A stretch of DNA of 53,252 nucleotides from the NCBI RefSeq assembly GCF_001194135.2, contig NC_068984.1:51998360-52051611 (forward strand), given 5' to 3'. Positions within the stretch are counted from its first letter, which is position 1, and every line of letters starts with the position of its first letter. Positions 1 to 12,434 of the stretch are shown in pieces. The translations under genes were made by a program, and so were the position numbers. This stretch comes from Octopus bimaculoides (lineage: Eukaryota). The notes beneath the pieces are model-generated. The model worked only from the letters and a program-made list of their open reading frames with translations, had not been told where the DNA came from and made no database searches.

Positions 1-35
<35 letters not shown>
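1..35. repeat. (CA)n microsatellite
   Basis: Direct read; runs off the window start. Confidence 0.97.
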
Positions 36-36
<1 letters not shown>

Positions 37-530
37 GGCGTTGCCCGGGATTTAAATGGCATAGTTTGTATATATGGTACAGTTATGTTGAAACGTAATA
101 CGGGGAAGTGCAGCAGTGACGACAAAACATTTGTGGAGTAAATTCGACTAAGTGACATGTTATGCGTCTGTTTGGATTCCAGGCCTTAACCTTGTCATGG
201 AAAAGTGGGTGTGGGGTTGTATGTGATAAATTAAGCCTATGGTAAGAGGGTGGGATTGGCAAGGAAGCGCTTGAAAACAACGCTGTTATGCGATATTTCT
301 GTTTGGAATCAATAGTCTGGGTACGCAAGGTCACATTAAGGATACGGTCGCTAACAAACGTGGTCGAGTCACGTGACATTGGGAATCAATAGTCATGGCT
401 CAACCGTGCACTCCTTGCGTAAACAGCGTGCGACCATTGTGAGAACAACTCAGCTCCTAAACTAAAACAATTCTGTATGCAGCGTCCGAGCACGCAAGGT
501 CATATTAAGGACACGGTCTCTAACTAAAGT
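36..530. mobile_element. Possible non-autonomous Helitron/Helentron-like element with internal direct repeats
   Basis: Starts CCGGCGTTGCCCGGG, which from recall resembles invertebrate HINE-type ends. Carries a 33-bp direct repeat (323-355 vs 492-524, 30/33) and a 13-bp repeat (305-317 vs 382-394). Other end not identified. Confidence 0.3.
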
Positions 531-984
531 AGTTGTGTCCATAGATTAGTAGGTTAATGTACATGCGACATCACGGTTTTTATGGGTTTCGTCTTAGTTT
601 AGAAGGAAGACTTTTGATACCGAAGCTAAAAGAAAATAGCTGAATAGTTGCTCAGGATTTAACATATTTTAGCATATTTTTTATAATAAACATAGTGCGT
701 TCGAAACGGCTTTTATTCCAACAAATTGCTACCTATGATACTACGGGAACAGGCAGTTTGAAGTCTATATAGGTTCATCCATTTAATACAACCTACTTAT
801 ATAATTTCAGTAGCTGTTTTCTCCAATTTGAACAGAAGCAATGCGTGGACCATGCGGGCAGTCGTACGTACCTCAGGAAAGGAGGTTTTCTGCCCCAAGG
901 AGTTCTATTACTCATTATGTGAAAAATTTTAAGTCTAAAACCATCACTGGAACGTAAGTAACGTATGTGATTGGAAAGTCACTG

Positions 985-1200
985 AAAGAATCGCAAGATG
1001 AGTTCTTCAAGCCAAGCCAATTGGCAGGAGACCTAGGGGTAGACCAAGAACCAGATGGTTTGATAATATCCATAATCTCAGTTGGTTACGCTTGGAAATC
1101 CAACCGGAAAATATAAGGAACGTTTGTCTCTTATAGGACCATATGGAGGAGGTGCCTGAAGACTCTACATCTACGACCCTTCCAGGAATAGTGGTTGGAA
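985..1200 (+). mobile_element. RTE-clade LINE 3' fragment
   Basis: Translates LQAKPIGRRPRGRPRTRWFDNIHNLSWLRLEIQPE, the typical RTE C-terminal GRRPRGRPRTRW motif; stops present. Confidence 0.8.
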
Positions 1201-1549
1201 AAGATGAATGAATGTTGCCGTTGTTACTGTTTAGTCTTACGTTGTACATAGTCGGGTAGACCTCCCCCACCTCAAGAAAAGAAGTGGGCCCTTCTAAATA
1301 ATGTTATTACGCCCTTTTCTCCTGGAATTGTATTCCCTTCTGACCTTGTGTCCTCTCTTCGAAAAACTCCTGAAATCGCGCCTGACCCTTTCCTTTCTAT
1401 GTATCAAGAATTTCATTTGCCTATTCAAGGACCTCTTTCTCATATTTTGTGGAAGCTTGAGTCATTACACTTCAGCTTGGCCTTGTTCAAGGCAAAATCT
1501 TAACAGCAAATGTTTTGATTTTCAAGTTTCATTTTGTCATTAAACTGAC

Positions 1550-1830
1550 AAAAGGTGATCCAACTCCGTGCTGTTTCTTAGTTTAGTTAATATTAAAATA
1601 CTCTTTTAGCCACAATTTTGGATAATGGGGCACTGTAAACAGTCAATGTGTATTCTGAGAAAGTTGGCAATCCAAAGTTCAACAACTGCATTTCTAAGTA
1701 TTGCTGCTTTACACCAGAGTTCTAACCTGATATTCGGAATTTCTTCTGAAAGTATTCTCTCCCAGTGGATTGATAGCACTGTACACTGCAGATTTTCCAT
1801 TTTTCCAATCTTAGATTGATCAGCTAAAGC
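1550..1830 (-). mobile_element. hAT-like transposase C-terminal (dimerisation region) remnant
   Basis: ELWCKAAILRNAVVE, then a frameshift to FSEYTLTVYSAPLSKIVAKRVF; resembles FW...RNA.GE..F..L..FAL..LS.P.SNA.VERVF. Confidence 0.45.
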
Positions 1831-2709
1831 TAAAATGAGAGTTAGAAAAATAGAGCGAGTATCAAATAAATATCGAGGTAAAGCTTTTAATCATTTGAAG
1901 GGTTTCATTATTTCTTAGCATATTTTTCAAGAGTTCTTTCCACGCTCATCTACAAAGCTTATGACATCGTTTTATTTCTTCGTTCGTATTGTTTTTGGAA
2001 CTTGATTTGATGAAATTTTACTGGTCAAAGGATTATAGAGCTCGTGTCCAAAGTCAACTATTTTGACGTGAGAGGTATTCACTCAATGTTTAAACATGCT
2101 TTAACACTGACATATTGAGGATTAAAATTTCTTATAAGCATAGACATGCAAAACGGCTAAGTTAATCTAATATACATCCATTTCTTGTTGCTACGGCAAT
2201 GAATTTTCTTAAATACACTCAGCAAACAGGTCTCATAAATGTTAAAGCTCATTAGTTGCATCTGATTTCACTGCATGTAATTCCCTTATATAATACTTGT
2301 CGCGACTAGAAGATGTCATTTGTAAATGTAATTTTAATGTATACCACTGGCTACGAATTCTTTTTACACAGTTGTTTCTCATTAACTATCTTGTAGCTGA
2401 AAGGAGATCGTTCTCAATGATTCCTCACCATTGCTGATTAATTTATATATTTGGTTGTATGAATCTTTTGGCAGCGTTGATTTGTGGAACTGGTTGTTAA
2501 GTTTTCTTTTAACAGATAGTGAAGGTTAGAAGGTAATTCTTCAGCAGTATAAGAATTTGCTAGAGGGAGAGAATGGCAAATGCATTTTATGAGAACCAAG
2601 TCTGAGATTATCTAATTTCATTAGCGTGTACAAAGAATTGCTAATCACAAAAGTTTGAAGCACTGTCTGTTGCAATAGTAAAACAGGTTTTAAGTATTCA
2701 TTCTTACAG

Positions 2710-2900
2710 TAGCAGTCCGGGCAAAATGCTTAGCAGCATTTCGTCCGTCTTTACGTTCTGAGTTCAAATTCCACCGAGGTCAAATTTGCCTTTCATCCTT
2801 TCGGAGATCCATAAAATAAGTACCAGTCAAGCTCTGGGTTCGATGTAGTCGACTTACCCTCTTCCCTAAAATTTCAGGCTTCGTGCCTATACTAGAAAGG
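2710..2900 (+). mobile_element. tRNA-derived SINE family A, 5'-truncated
   Basis: B-box-like GAGTTCAAATTC and core CCTTTCATCCTTTCGG..GATAAAATAAGTACCAG; more than 12 related copies in the window. Confidence 0.9.
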
Positions 2901-2920
2901 AATACTAATTTTTACATAAA

Positions 2921-3140
2921 GTGGCGAGCCGGTAGAATCGTTAGTCGTTAGCACACTAGGCAAAATGCTTAGCAACATTTCGTCTGCATTCACGTTCTGA
3001 GTTCAAATACCACCGAGGGTGACTTTGTCATTCATTCTTTCTTGGTCGATAAAATAAGTACTAGTTGAATACTGGGATCAATTTAATCGACTTAGCCCCT
3101 CCCCAAAACAGCTGGCCTTGACCAAAATTTGAAACCAATA
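2921..3140 (+). mobile_element. SINE family A, full length
   Basis: Head GGCGAGCCGGTAGAATCG, B box, core, and tail AAAATTTGAAACCAATA. Confidence 0.9.
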
Positions 3141-3159
3141 GTAATTCTTACACCACTCA

Positions 3160-4270
3160 AGAACTTTTCTTCGACTTGATGCAACACTTACTATATTCTT
3201 TCTACCGCTTATTCTTATCTAAAAACTTCTGGAGTTGTCTTATAGAGGCTTGGACATCGGCTGCACAAATCCGAATATATCTCTTTTAAGTTAATTTTCT
3301 TCAGTTACACTATAACTCTTTCATAATTTGGTCCATGAATCTGATGCCTCTAGCTGTCTTTTTCCAGAGTATCCTCTTCGCCTTTGTAAAGGCTTCTATA
3401 CACAGAGTATGATAACTTACTGATTGAATTTGTGAGTTACTAGTGCGCGTCCTATTTCGCTGGGTATATTAGTATCTTAGTATCTTAGCAATTATCTCTG
3501 ATAGTACAACAGTTCCCCGGCCTTCAGATCGGAAATTGCATTGTTAACTTCAACAACTAATCTCTATCGTTTGTTCAGCATCAGCAATGGTGATTGCGTT
3601 TCTATCGCTGCTATTGTTCCGTACATACTTTTTTCTAACGATACTTTGATCCGCACTGACACATTGCTTTGCAATCGGAAACGCCTAATACCTGTGACCC
3701 TCTTGTCTCAGAACATTTGCAAGCCCTTTTCTTTCAGCTTCTCTCTATGCTATATATATTCGACGTCTATCCTCCCTTCTGGTTACATGATAATGTCCCA
3801 CCTTTCTTCCAACTTCACCACGCCTGCATTTTGGCTTTCATGTCTTTATTTGCTTTGCCAATTCACCATATCACATTCTGTGCGACTCTATCTATATGTC
3901 TGCTCTGTGGATGGCAGTAAGTTGTCGCAGAGATTCATAATTGTTCTCTCTTATGAACCTCTATTTTCTCCCCTTCAATCCAGATGAACTTCCATCTTGT
4001 TGAAACTGCTATCAATCCTACCTCTTGAAAACAACGCACACGTCTTAGCCCCTGCTCTAATATCTCTACAATTTTTCCAGACCTATCTTTTGTTGTGCTA
4101 ATTTTGATGGTGATGACCCTGTAATTTTACTCCTGACTGAAATAGGAAAGTTTCCAGTCAGGGCCAGTCGGATAGCTGATGTTCGTTTTCTACATCTGAA
4201 AGTAGAAGATTTGGCATCATCCTTTCATTGTGCCTAGATGTTCTTACCTCCGTATCACCAACATGACGAG
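3160..4270 (-). mobile_element. RTE-clade LINE remnant (APE endonuclease and RT start)
   Basis: Minus-strand fragments GTMKG, EILEQGLRRVRCFQE, EVNNAISDLKAG, LYKGEEDTLE..RGIRFMDQIMK and IRQLQKFLDKNK; many stops and frameshifts. Confidence 0.75.
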
Positions 4271-4899
4271 TGTAAGCCCTGAATACACAAGCTTTTCGTT
4301 ATTGTATTTGTGACCGTCACAACATGCTTGCACAGATATATATATATATANNNNNNNNNNNNNNNNNNNNNNNNNNNNNNNNNNNNNNNNNNNNNNNNNN
4401 NNNNNNNNNNNNNNNNNNNNNNNNNNNNNNNNNNNNNNNNNNNNNNNNNNNNNNNNNNNNNNNNNNNNNNNNNNNNNNNNNNNNNNNNNNNNNNNNNNNN
4501 NNNNNNNNNNNNNNNNNNNNNNNNNNNNNNNNNNNNNNNNNNNNNNNNNNNNNNNNNNNAGAGAGAGAGAGAGAGAGAAGTGGGGGAGGAAAAGAATTTT
4601 TTTCTACGAATGAAGTATAAAGAAAAGGGAAAAAGGCGAGAATGCAATTTAAGAAAATTTACCTTATGAAAATAGGTAAACTTAACCAGTTTCAGAATTT
4701 GTTTTGCCTTTTTGATTTCCAAAATTAATGGAATATGGAGAGTTTTATCTCAGGTGCTTTGTGCGGCAATCTTTTTCTTGAAAAATTCTTAACAATGCTT
4801 TACGTTTTCAAAATTTAAATAGTATTTGTTCTGATAAAAATACGGATGAAATACGGACAAATAAAGAGGATATGTTTACTAAAAAATATAGAAACCACA

Positions 4900-6230
4900 G
4901 TTTGATAACAGCCAGTCGTTGAGACGCCACTCTGAACGTTTTCGTAGTCAACCGTCGCCTCTAGTCTCCGTTCCCTATTATGCGTAGCAGGTTGTAGTGT
5001 GGTGACCTGTCCAGTCCTTGATGCTGTCAGCCCAGGATTTTCTGTCTTTCTGCCTCCCTCAGCTGTGCCCTGAAGCATAATTTTGGACAGGGAGTTGTGG
5101 CTGAGTACATGACTGTACCAGGCAAGCTTGTATCTTTTTACTTGCACAACGCGTGGTTCCTGTCTACCAGCGCGTTTGTTCACTTGCTGTCTGGCAAAGC
5201 TGTTTGTTTTGTGCTCTATGTACGGGATACGGAATGTGCTCATATACCTGGAGTTTTCGCTTCATGTCAGCTGTAAGAGTTTAGCTTTCACACCTATACA
5301 GAAGGATCGAAGTCACCAGGGACTTGTATACACTGAGTCTTGTTGGAAGACTAACGGAATTGCTTTTCCATATGGTACTCCGCTTCGTCATAGCAGTGGA
5401 AGCTAAACTCAATTGTTATTATTATTTTTGCTCTTAGATCTGTCCTCCTTGGTTAAAGATCTGTCCTCCTTGGTTAAAGATCTGTCCTCCTTGGTTAAAG
5501 ATCTGTCCTCCTTGGTTAAAGATCTGTCCACCTTGGTCAAAGTGGATCCTAAGTATTTGAAGGCGTTCACTTCATCAAGTCTTTCTGTAATTGTGTTTTG
5601 GTTGTTACTATTAACCAAGATCTTACTTTTTTCTAGGCAGATCTCCATCTTGTGTGCTCGAACTCCTGTATTTCTTCTGCCTCAATGCTTCCCAACAGGT
5701 CAATACCATCAGCAAAACGCAGATTGGAAATGGGTCATACTGCAATGGAAACAGATGGGTGGAAGTCTTGAAGTGTTTCCTCTATGGTGTTCTCTTGGAA
5801 GATAATGAAAAACGCTGGAGACATCTTTGTCGAACACCACTGTAGTCCTGAAGAATTCTCCGATGTTGTTATTCAAGAGAACTGCACTGCTTGAATTTTC
5901 AGACTATGCTTGGATTACTTCGATGAAGTTGTTGTCGAAGCTGTAATTCTTCACCACCTACCACAACACATCGTGCCAAACATGGGAAAAAGTATTTTTT
6001 ATGTCGATAAAGTTGTGATAGAGGCCAGATTGTGTCGCAGATGTTTCCCAGCGAGTAGTCTAATGTCGAATATCTGCTCCGTAGTTCTCCTTTCGGGCCT
6101 AAATCCTGCATGCACATCTGTCTGTCTGTCTGTCTGTATGACTGTATGTATGTATGTATGTATGTATGTGTATCGGTGGCCTCTGAATAGACTTCTTTTT
6201 ATTTCTTCCTTCATTTGGTCTACAGAAAAT
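4900..6230 (-). mobile_element. RTE-clade LINE RT and C-terminal remnant
   Basis: HAGFRPERRTTEQIFDIRLL, EFFRTTV, EKSKILVNS..LDEVNAFKYLGSTLTK and KRYKLAWYSHVLSHNSLSKIMLQGTAEGGR; interrupted by a TCTG/TATG microsatellite near 6117-6170. Confidence 0.9.
5436..5540. repeat. 21-bp tandem repeat x5 (AGATCTGTCCTCCTTGGTTAA)
   Basis: Four identical units plus one with 2 substitutions; in frame with the RTE RT remnant (SLTKEDR repeats). Confidence 0.97.
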
Positions 6231-6289
6231 TAACTCTGAAATGAGCAAACCGTCATGAGGAATTTTCTAAAAATTTGCATATATATATA

Positions 6290-6502
6290 TGTGTTTGTGT
6301 GTCTGTGTTTGTCCCCCTAGCATTGCTTGACAACCGATGTTGGTGTGTTTACGTCCCCGTCACTTAGCGGTTCGGCAAAAGAGACCGATAGAATAAGTAC
6401 TAGGCTTGCAAAGAATAAGTCCCGGGGTCGATTTGCTCGACTAGAGGCGATGCTCCAGCATGGCCACAGTCAAATGACTGAAACAAGTAAGTAAAGAGTA
6501 AA
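6290..6502 (+). mobile_element. SINE family B, 3' half only
   Basis: Reverse complement of 7436-7650; ends ATGACTGAAACAAGTAAG..AGAGTAAA. Confidence 0.92.
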
Positions 6503-7076
6503 TCCCAAACGTTCCAACACTGAGAAGAAGATAATCTTGATGTAAATGTTTGAAAACAAGGATAAACCTAAAGTTTTCTACAAGTTACTGGCTATGAAAT
6601 ACAATTTTTAATTTTTCAGTGTAATGACTGCACTTCGGTTTGAACTTCGCTAAGAACACTGTGGTATAAAACAGTTGCAAAAAGAACAAAACAAAACAAC
6701 TCACACATTTCACATGACAGTTTATTCTGCACGAAGAAAGAAAACATAATGCTTCTGACTGACGATGTGTTGTACCTGTTTAACCTTCAAAGTACCACAT
6801 GCGTTCACATCCACATCCACACGCGCGACCTGGTGTATATGGTTGTGTGTAATAGAAGAAAGTGTGTTTGGTAGCCTTATGAAAATACATTAATTTAATG
6901 ATTCCAGGCAGCCATGTAATTGCGGTGAGTATTCGTAGAATCATCTCGCCGTTAGCAAGAAGTCAGTAAGATAACTGAAACTGACAGATATGGCTTGGGA
7001 TGTTAATGTATATTAATGAAGTGGATCACAACGAACCATATTTACTTTCAACACTATTTCTGAAATATCTAGACGA

Positions 7077-7121
<45 letters not shown>

Positions 7122-7135
7122 ATGATGATGATGAA
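7077..7135. repeat. (ATG)n microsatellite
   Basis: Direct read. Confidence 0.97.
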
Positions 7136-7435
7136 CATTTATAATATGAAACTTGCCTCTGTTTGCCAGTCTAAGGAGTGTTTTCAGAGTACTGTCGCAC
7201 TATGTATGTTAATATCAAATTTAGAAAATAATATTCTGAGTTGCTAAAAAGATGGACCATCGTTCTACTTTCTTTCTGAAGATAAATTGTTTGCCATTTT
7301 TATTTACTTGTTTGTTTCTTGCTATTATTGGCTTTGTCTTTGTGATTATAATTTAATGTTTACCTTTGTGGTTTTGTTTCTTCTCACCAGCTTCGCATAT
7401 ATATATGTTAGAAAATGAGATGACAAAGGTTTAAA

Positions 7436-7646
7436 CACTTTTACTCTTTTACTTGTTTCATTTATTTGACTGCGGCCATGCTGGAGCACTGCTTATAGTC
7501 GAACAAATCGACCCTAGGACTTATCCCTTGTAAGCCTAGTACTTATTCTATCGGTCCCTTTTGCCGAACCGCTAAGTTACGGGTACGTAAACATACCAAC
7601 ATCGGCCGTCAAACGATGGTGGGGTGACAAACACAGACACACAAAC

Positions 7647-7698
<52 letters not shown>

Positions 7699-7840
7699 CA
7701 GGCTTCTTATGACAGCTCATAAGGCTTTGGTCGGCCCGAGGCTATAGTAAAAGACACTTGCCCAAGGTACCACGCAGTGAGACTGAACCCGGAACCATGT
7801 GGTTGGGAAGCAAACTACTTACCACACAACCACTCCCATC
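7436..7840 (-). mobile_element. SINE family B (tRNA head, CORE-like CCTTGGGCAAGT, internal (AT)n, 3' module), near full length
   Basis: Minus strand has GGTTCCGGGTTCAGTC (B-box-like) and CCTTGGGCAAGTGTC; matches other copies at 36.5, 36.9 and 46 kb. Confidence 0.92.
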
Positions 7841-8999
7841 TTATGAACATCATTAGCTTACAGCTGTTTCTGCAATAAGATGCAGTGGATTCATAGTAAC
7901 TCAGCCACTCAACTATGAGTCCACTGCATATTATAACAGAAACGTAATGGTTTTTTTTCCTTTGTCATCTCATTTTCTTATAACCGCTCTGTACTCGACT
8001 AACGCTTCGTTGTGAAGCATATATATGTTGAATTCTACCCTGGGTTATTAGTCTCGCAATGCCTAGGCGAAATATGTGTGTGTATACGTGCGCGCGTTTG
8101 TGTGTGTGTCTGTATGTGTGCATGCTCACACGCGCAAAAATAGCGTTTGAAATAAAATATCTTATAAAAATCTTTAAAAATAGATTGACATAAACCTTAT
8201 GGAAGGAAACTGTCGTTTTGCGTAAGCGCTTTTTGCAGATTTCGGCTTTTCAATTACAGGTGTTACAAGGTATTTCGTATAGAGATAACTGTTTTAGTAG
8301 CGGTGTTTGACTTTCTTTCGGTTTAGTTTCGGATTTAGAACTCTTATAAAGTATTCTTCTTTTGCTTTCTGCAGTTGATTATCTTCTTCCTTAACAATGT
8401 AAAAAGGGAACATTTAAAATTGTCATTTTGCACAGATGTCTAGCTTTTCTCTGCATGGAACATTTCTATGAGATGAATCTTTGATTTGTTGCTTATGTAC
8501 CCTAACCCGATGTATTAATTTTGATCCTATTTGACTAAAACAATTCTCATTTCATTGTGGGTATGTAATGCAGTAAATGAGTTTTCGTTTTGTAATTCAT
8601 AATTACATTAACCGTTAATTCCCTTCCATCCTTAATTTTTTTAATTTTTGTTTTTCCTTATTTAGTTTTTCCCACGTCCCACAACGAAAGTCTCCACATT
8701 TTGTGATCCGCATTATTTCTGATGAGAATTTCGCCTTCATTAAGAGACTTTTAAGACTTAGCGGTTGTTTTCAGCAGTAAATCATTTGTGATTTTTAAAA
8801 TTATTTTTCTAAGATTTGATGATTGAATTAGAATTACAAGGTATCGTTTGACAGATTGTAAGATGTGGTTTCTAGTCACAGTAATCTGGAAGCTAAGTCT
8901 GTGTTACCTTTTACGTATTATAAACAAAGGTAAGCTAAACTCTTTAATACTGAATTCATAGACAAGAATACATAGATAAAAATTTTGGGCTCAATAACA

Positions 9000-9170
9000 A
9001 TCGATTATATCGATCCCAATACTTATCTGGTACTTTATTTTATTATCTCCAGGAGAATGAAAAGCAAAATTGACCTTAGTAGGGTTTGATCTCAAAACGT
9101 AAAGAACCAGAACATGCACCACAAAGCATCTTGTCACACCCACTTACGATTCTGCCAAATTCACTCATTA
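9000..9170 (-). mobile_element. SINE family A, diverged
   Basis: CTGGTACTTT..GAAAAGCAAAATTGACC..CTCAAAACGTAAAG..ACGATTCTGCCA. Confidence 0.75.
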
Positions 9171-9764
9171 TAAACTCTAAAGTAGTTTTTTAAATTTTTT
9201 TTATCACAGTAAACAAAGCATCAGTGTTCTTACCTAGATGCTTCTAAATAATTTATATTATTCACTATTTTAAAGTAAAGCAGTATTTATAACTGAGTTT
9301 TATGTCTGACAAGTTTTTAGTTTTATGTAGACTTAAGAGAATTGGAGAGTTGGAGAAGGGTGTGTAAATGTATGAGAACACTAAAAAATCATCTCCATTG
9401 ACGACTGTGACATACTACGTGCTTTCCTAGGTAAAATATTCACACCAGTCTCGATAGATTTTATTTCCTTTGGAGCATTTGGAAAACGTTCAAAATTTCA
9501 ATATAATCTAGTTGTAGATTATTGAAATCGATTACTGCAGAATGTACCGAGTTATGTTTACTTCTGTGAACTTAAACGTGACTAAATAGTAGGTTTCACT
9601 AAGAAGTGTTGAGGCCTACTTTTGTGTCGATTTAGTCTGAATAAGTCTGACTTGTGCTACTCAGTGTCAAAACTCTATCCGTCTTCAGATCTTATAAAAC
9701 CGATAAATGAGTGAAATTGGATTTCGAGTAGATATCTCACCATTGTATCAGATGCAACAACGAA

Positions 9765-9952
9765 GGACCCTCCACATGGTTGCTCGACCTACTCGAAATA
9801 TCAGTCAAGTGTCTTCAAATCATATCCGAGTGTGTTTTAAAAAATTGAATAATGCAGTTCTAAATACATTGTGTCTAAATAAGAGACAGGCAGTCACAGA
9901 AAAAACGATGTTGATCATAGACCTACTCGATTAGGGATGACTTGGGGCTAAA
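9765..9952 (+). mobile_element. Interspersed SINE-like repeat family E, 3' part
   Basis: CTCGAAATATCAG..CAAATCA..GGGATGACTTGGGGCTAAAC recurs at 12678-13110 and, inverted, at ~40860-40925. Confidence 0.6.
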
Positions 9953-10104
9953 CATGAGCAGTCAGTAAGTCTGATGAAATAATAAATGACCTTTCTTGAC
10001 ATACGGGTGATAGCCAAGTAAGATAGAAAACGGGGACTAAAACAACAATGAACCGATGTACAAAGTCAGTGTAATAATATTGTGGAGGAAAGGAAAATAA
10101 ATCA

Positions 10105-10134
10105 CCAACGTTTCGGATAGTCGTTCTTCATCTA
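10105..10134 (-). ncRNA. Degenerate Penelope-type hammerhead ribozyme motif
   Basis: Minus strand AGATGAAGAACGACTATCCGAAACGTTG resembles CTGATGAAG-stemII-CCGAAACGTTG of PLE LTRs; the core C3/U4 positions are mutated. Confidence 0.35.
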
Positions 10135-10599
10135 GATAGAAGGAAGGAAATTGGAAAGAAAAGATACGATGTTAGATTAGAGATACAACACGCTATAAGG
10201 GCAAGTAGTAAGTAGAGTTTTAAAAAGAAGTGTTTTTCAGAAATAAACACAAGTTTAGGACATGCAGTGAAGTGAAATGAAGCATATATTAGTTGCATTT
10301 ATACATCTGTGTTTGGACAAATAGAGAATCAAGTGTGTGAGCAACGTTGTGTTCAAATATGTGAGACGTGTTATTGTCTGGGTAGTATGAACAAGACGCC
10401 AAAGCATATAGGTATGGGTGAGTGATGAATGAGTGGGAAAGTATGAGCAAAATATGGGCAGAAAGATGTGGTGGATGAGTGAATGGGTACGGTGTGCTGT
10501 TATTAAATGTGTACCTTCGGTATTTATCAGATGTGAGTTGGATATTTTAGAGGAAAGCAAGTTAGTTAATAATATCAGCAGTGACTGCAATATTAAAGC

Positions 10600-10870
10600 A
10601 GAAAATTAACTGTCGTTCGCTTAACTCGGAGATCGGGAAGTCTCTCCACGTCGAGCCGCTATTTCTCCACATGACAGATCACAGCTTTGGTACTGTGAAC
10701 ATGTGATTAAAATGTCGCAGGAAAGAATCGCAGGACTGATTCTTCAAGCCGAGCCAGTCGGTAGGGAACATAGGGGTAAACCAAGAACGAGATGGTTGGA
10801 TAATAGATAGTTGTAAGTGCCGTAAGATGGGCAGCTGGAGAGATCAGATGGCAATATGGAAGATGAAGTG
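10600..10870 (+). mobile_element. RTE-clade LINE 3' fragment
   Basis: SLHVEPLFLH..SQL..KMSQERIAGLILQAEPVGREHRGKPRTRWLDN; related to 985-1200. Confidence 0.75.
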
Positions 10871-11159
10871 AAATGGAAATTGGTAAGTAATAAGGCAGGA
10901 AGACGGAGATGCAGTTAAAACGTCGACAGCTTGTTGGAGCGGGAGGAACTGCGTTATAGAAAGAAGCGGAGTGTTTAGTTTGACTGAATCTCGAAGTTCA
11001 TACCTGTGATAGTAACTAGGGAAAAGCGAGGTTCAGAAATTATTTATAGAAGTGATGCAAAGCACAAAGAGTTTAAAGTCCGGCAAAGGAGGAGAAAGGC
11101 GGTCAAATCAACCCAGTAGTTATCCGGATTAAGTCTGCATAAGCGTACTAATATCAAAA

Positions 11160-11355
11160 TAATTTGGCACAGTTCGGAACAGGGGTTATGTCAATTATAT
11201 TGACCCCAGTGCTCGACTGGTACTTATTTTATCGACCCCGAAAAGATGAAAAGCAAAGTCGACCTCGGCGGAATTTGAACTCAGAACGTAAAGTCGGACG
11301 AAATGCCGCTAAGCATTTTACCCGGCGCGCTAACGATCCTGTCAGCTCACCGCCC
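11160..11355 (-). mobile_element. SINE family A
   Basis: Clear reverse complement of the family A consensus. Confidence 0.92.
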
Positions 11356-11369
11356 CATCAAAATAGGTA

Positions 11370-11581
11370 ATATTCCTTTCTATTATAGGCACAAATTTCG
11401 GAGGATGGAGTAAATTGATTACATCGACCCGCAGTCCACTGCTGGTACTTAATTTATCGACACCGAAAAGGATGAAATGTTAAGTCTATCTTGGCTGCAT
11501 TTGAACCCAAAACATAAAAACGAACGAAATGTTACTAGCATTTTGCCCGGCGTGCTAACGATTCTGCCAGCACGCTGCCTT
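11370..11581 (-). mobile_element. SINE family A (tail variant GTGCCTATAATAGAAAGG)
   Basis: Head, B box and core recognisable; tandem with the previous copy. Confidence 0.88.
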
Positions 11582-11599
11582 GAACATAAATAATATGGA

Positions 11600-12050
11600 A
11601 GAGACGATCAAAACCGGAATAAAAATCACAAAAACTATACAAAAACAATAAAAATTATCAATAAGCGTATGAAGTCATTGTAATAATGTTGCAGAGGAAT
11701 GGACAGAAGAACAGAGAATACAAAGAAAAAATGGGATCGCCCACAAAGCTGGAAACAAACTGATATGGTTTGGTTGATTGAAAAGTTAAGGACTGTCAGA
11801 TTTATAAATGTAAAAACATTATAATTTGATCATAAAACATTTCCATTAGGACTAAGATCATCTCAAGTAACCAGCCAGTGTGTAATTACTCAGAGTTTTC
11901 AAGTGCTAGACGAAGAATCGTTATATGTCTGGAATTTAAAAAAGATATGCAGACAAAAATAGGAAAATGCAATATACAAAAGTAAATAAAGAAAAACCAT
12001 TCCCAAGTACAAGTCTCACTTCCAGTATATAATGTCACATCTGGCTGACA
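11600..12050 (+). mobile_element. Possible Penelope-like thumb/linker remnant
   Basis: Scattered INKRMKSL, KLIWF and LIIKHF in the order expected for INKR.S.LS / IWFNPP / LIDKHFP. Confidence 0.35.
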
Positions 12051-12434
12051 GACATCACACCCGTTTCCTGTTATAGGAGTGCCAAAAGTTAATCTTGCCC
12101 AGGGCGCTAAAAGCTGTAGATCGGATATATTTCTTACAGTTACAGATTAATGATTTAGTACAAGGCGGAAAAATGTGTAAGGGTAAGGGAAAGGGTATAA
12201 TTATTTGAGTTAACTCATTGTGTAACAATGGTACTTAGTTTATCAACCCTGGAGAGATGAAAAGCAAAAACGAGCTCAGCAGGATAATTTTTTTTACTTG
12301 TTAAAATGTCATACTCTGTTTTGTGAACAACAGAGTCATTGGTTACATACTTCCAACATGAAAATTATTGGTTGACTGCATTTAAGACGGTGGGAATGTC
12401 AGGAATTATCGGGGTAACCTGGGCGGAATAAATG

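Noticed and set aside
5436-5540. Regular short repeats as a possible CRISPR array
   Set aside because: The units are contiguous with no spacers, the context is eukaryotic, and there are no cas genes.
8680-8760. CTGATGAG with a nearby CGAAAG as a hammerhead; likewise CTGATGA at ~9971, ~46837 and ~47780
   Set aside because: The required stems and a downstream GAAA could not be assembled.
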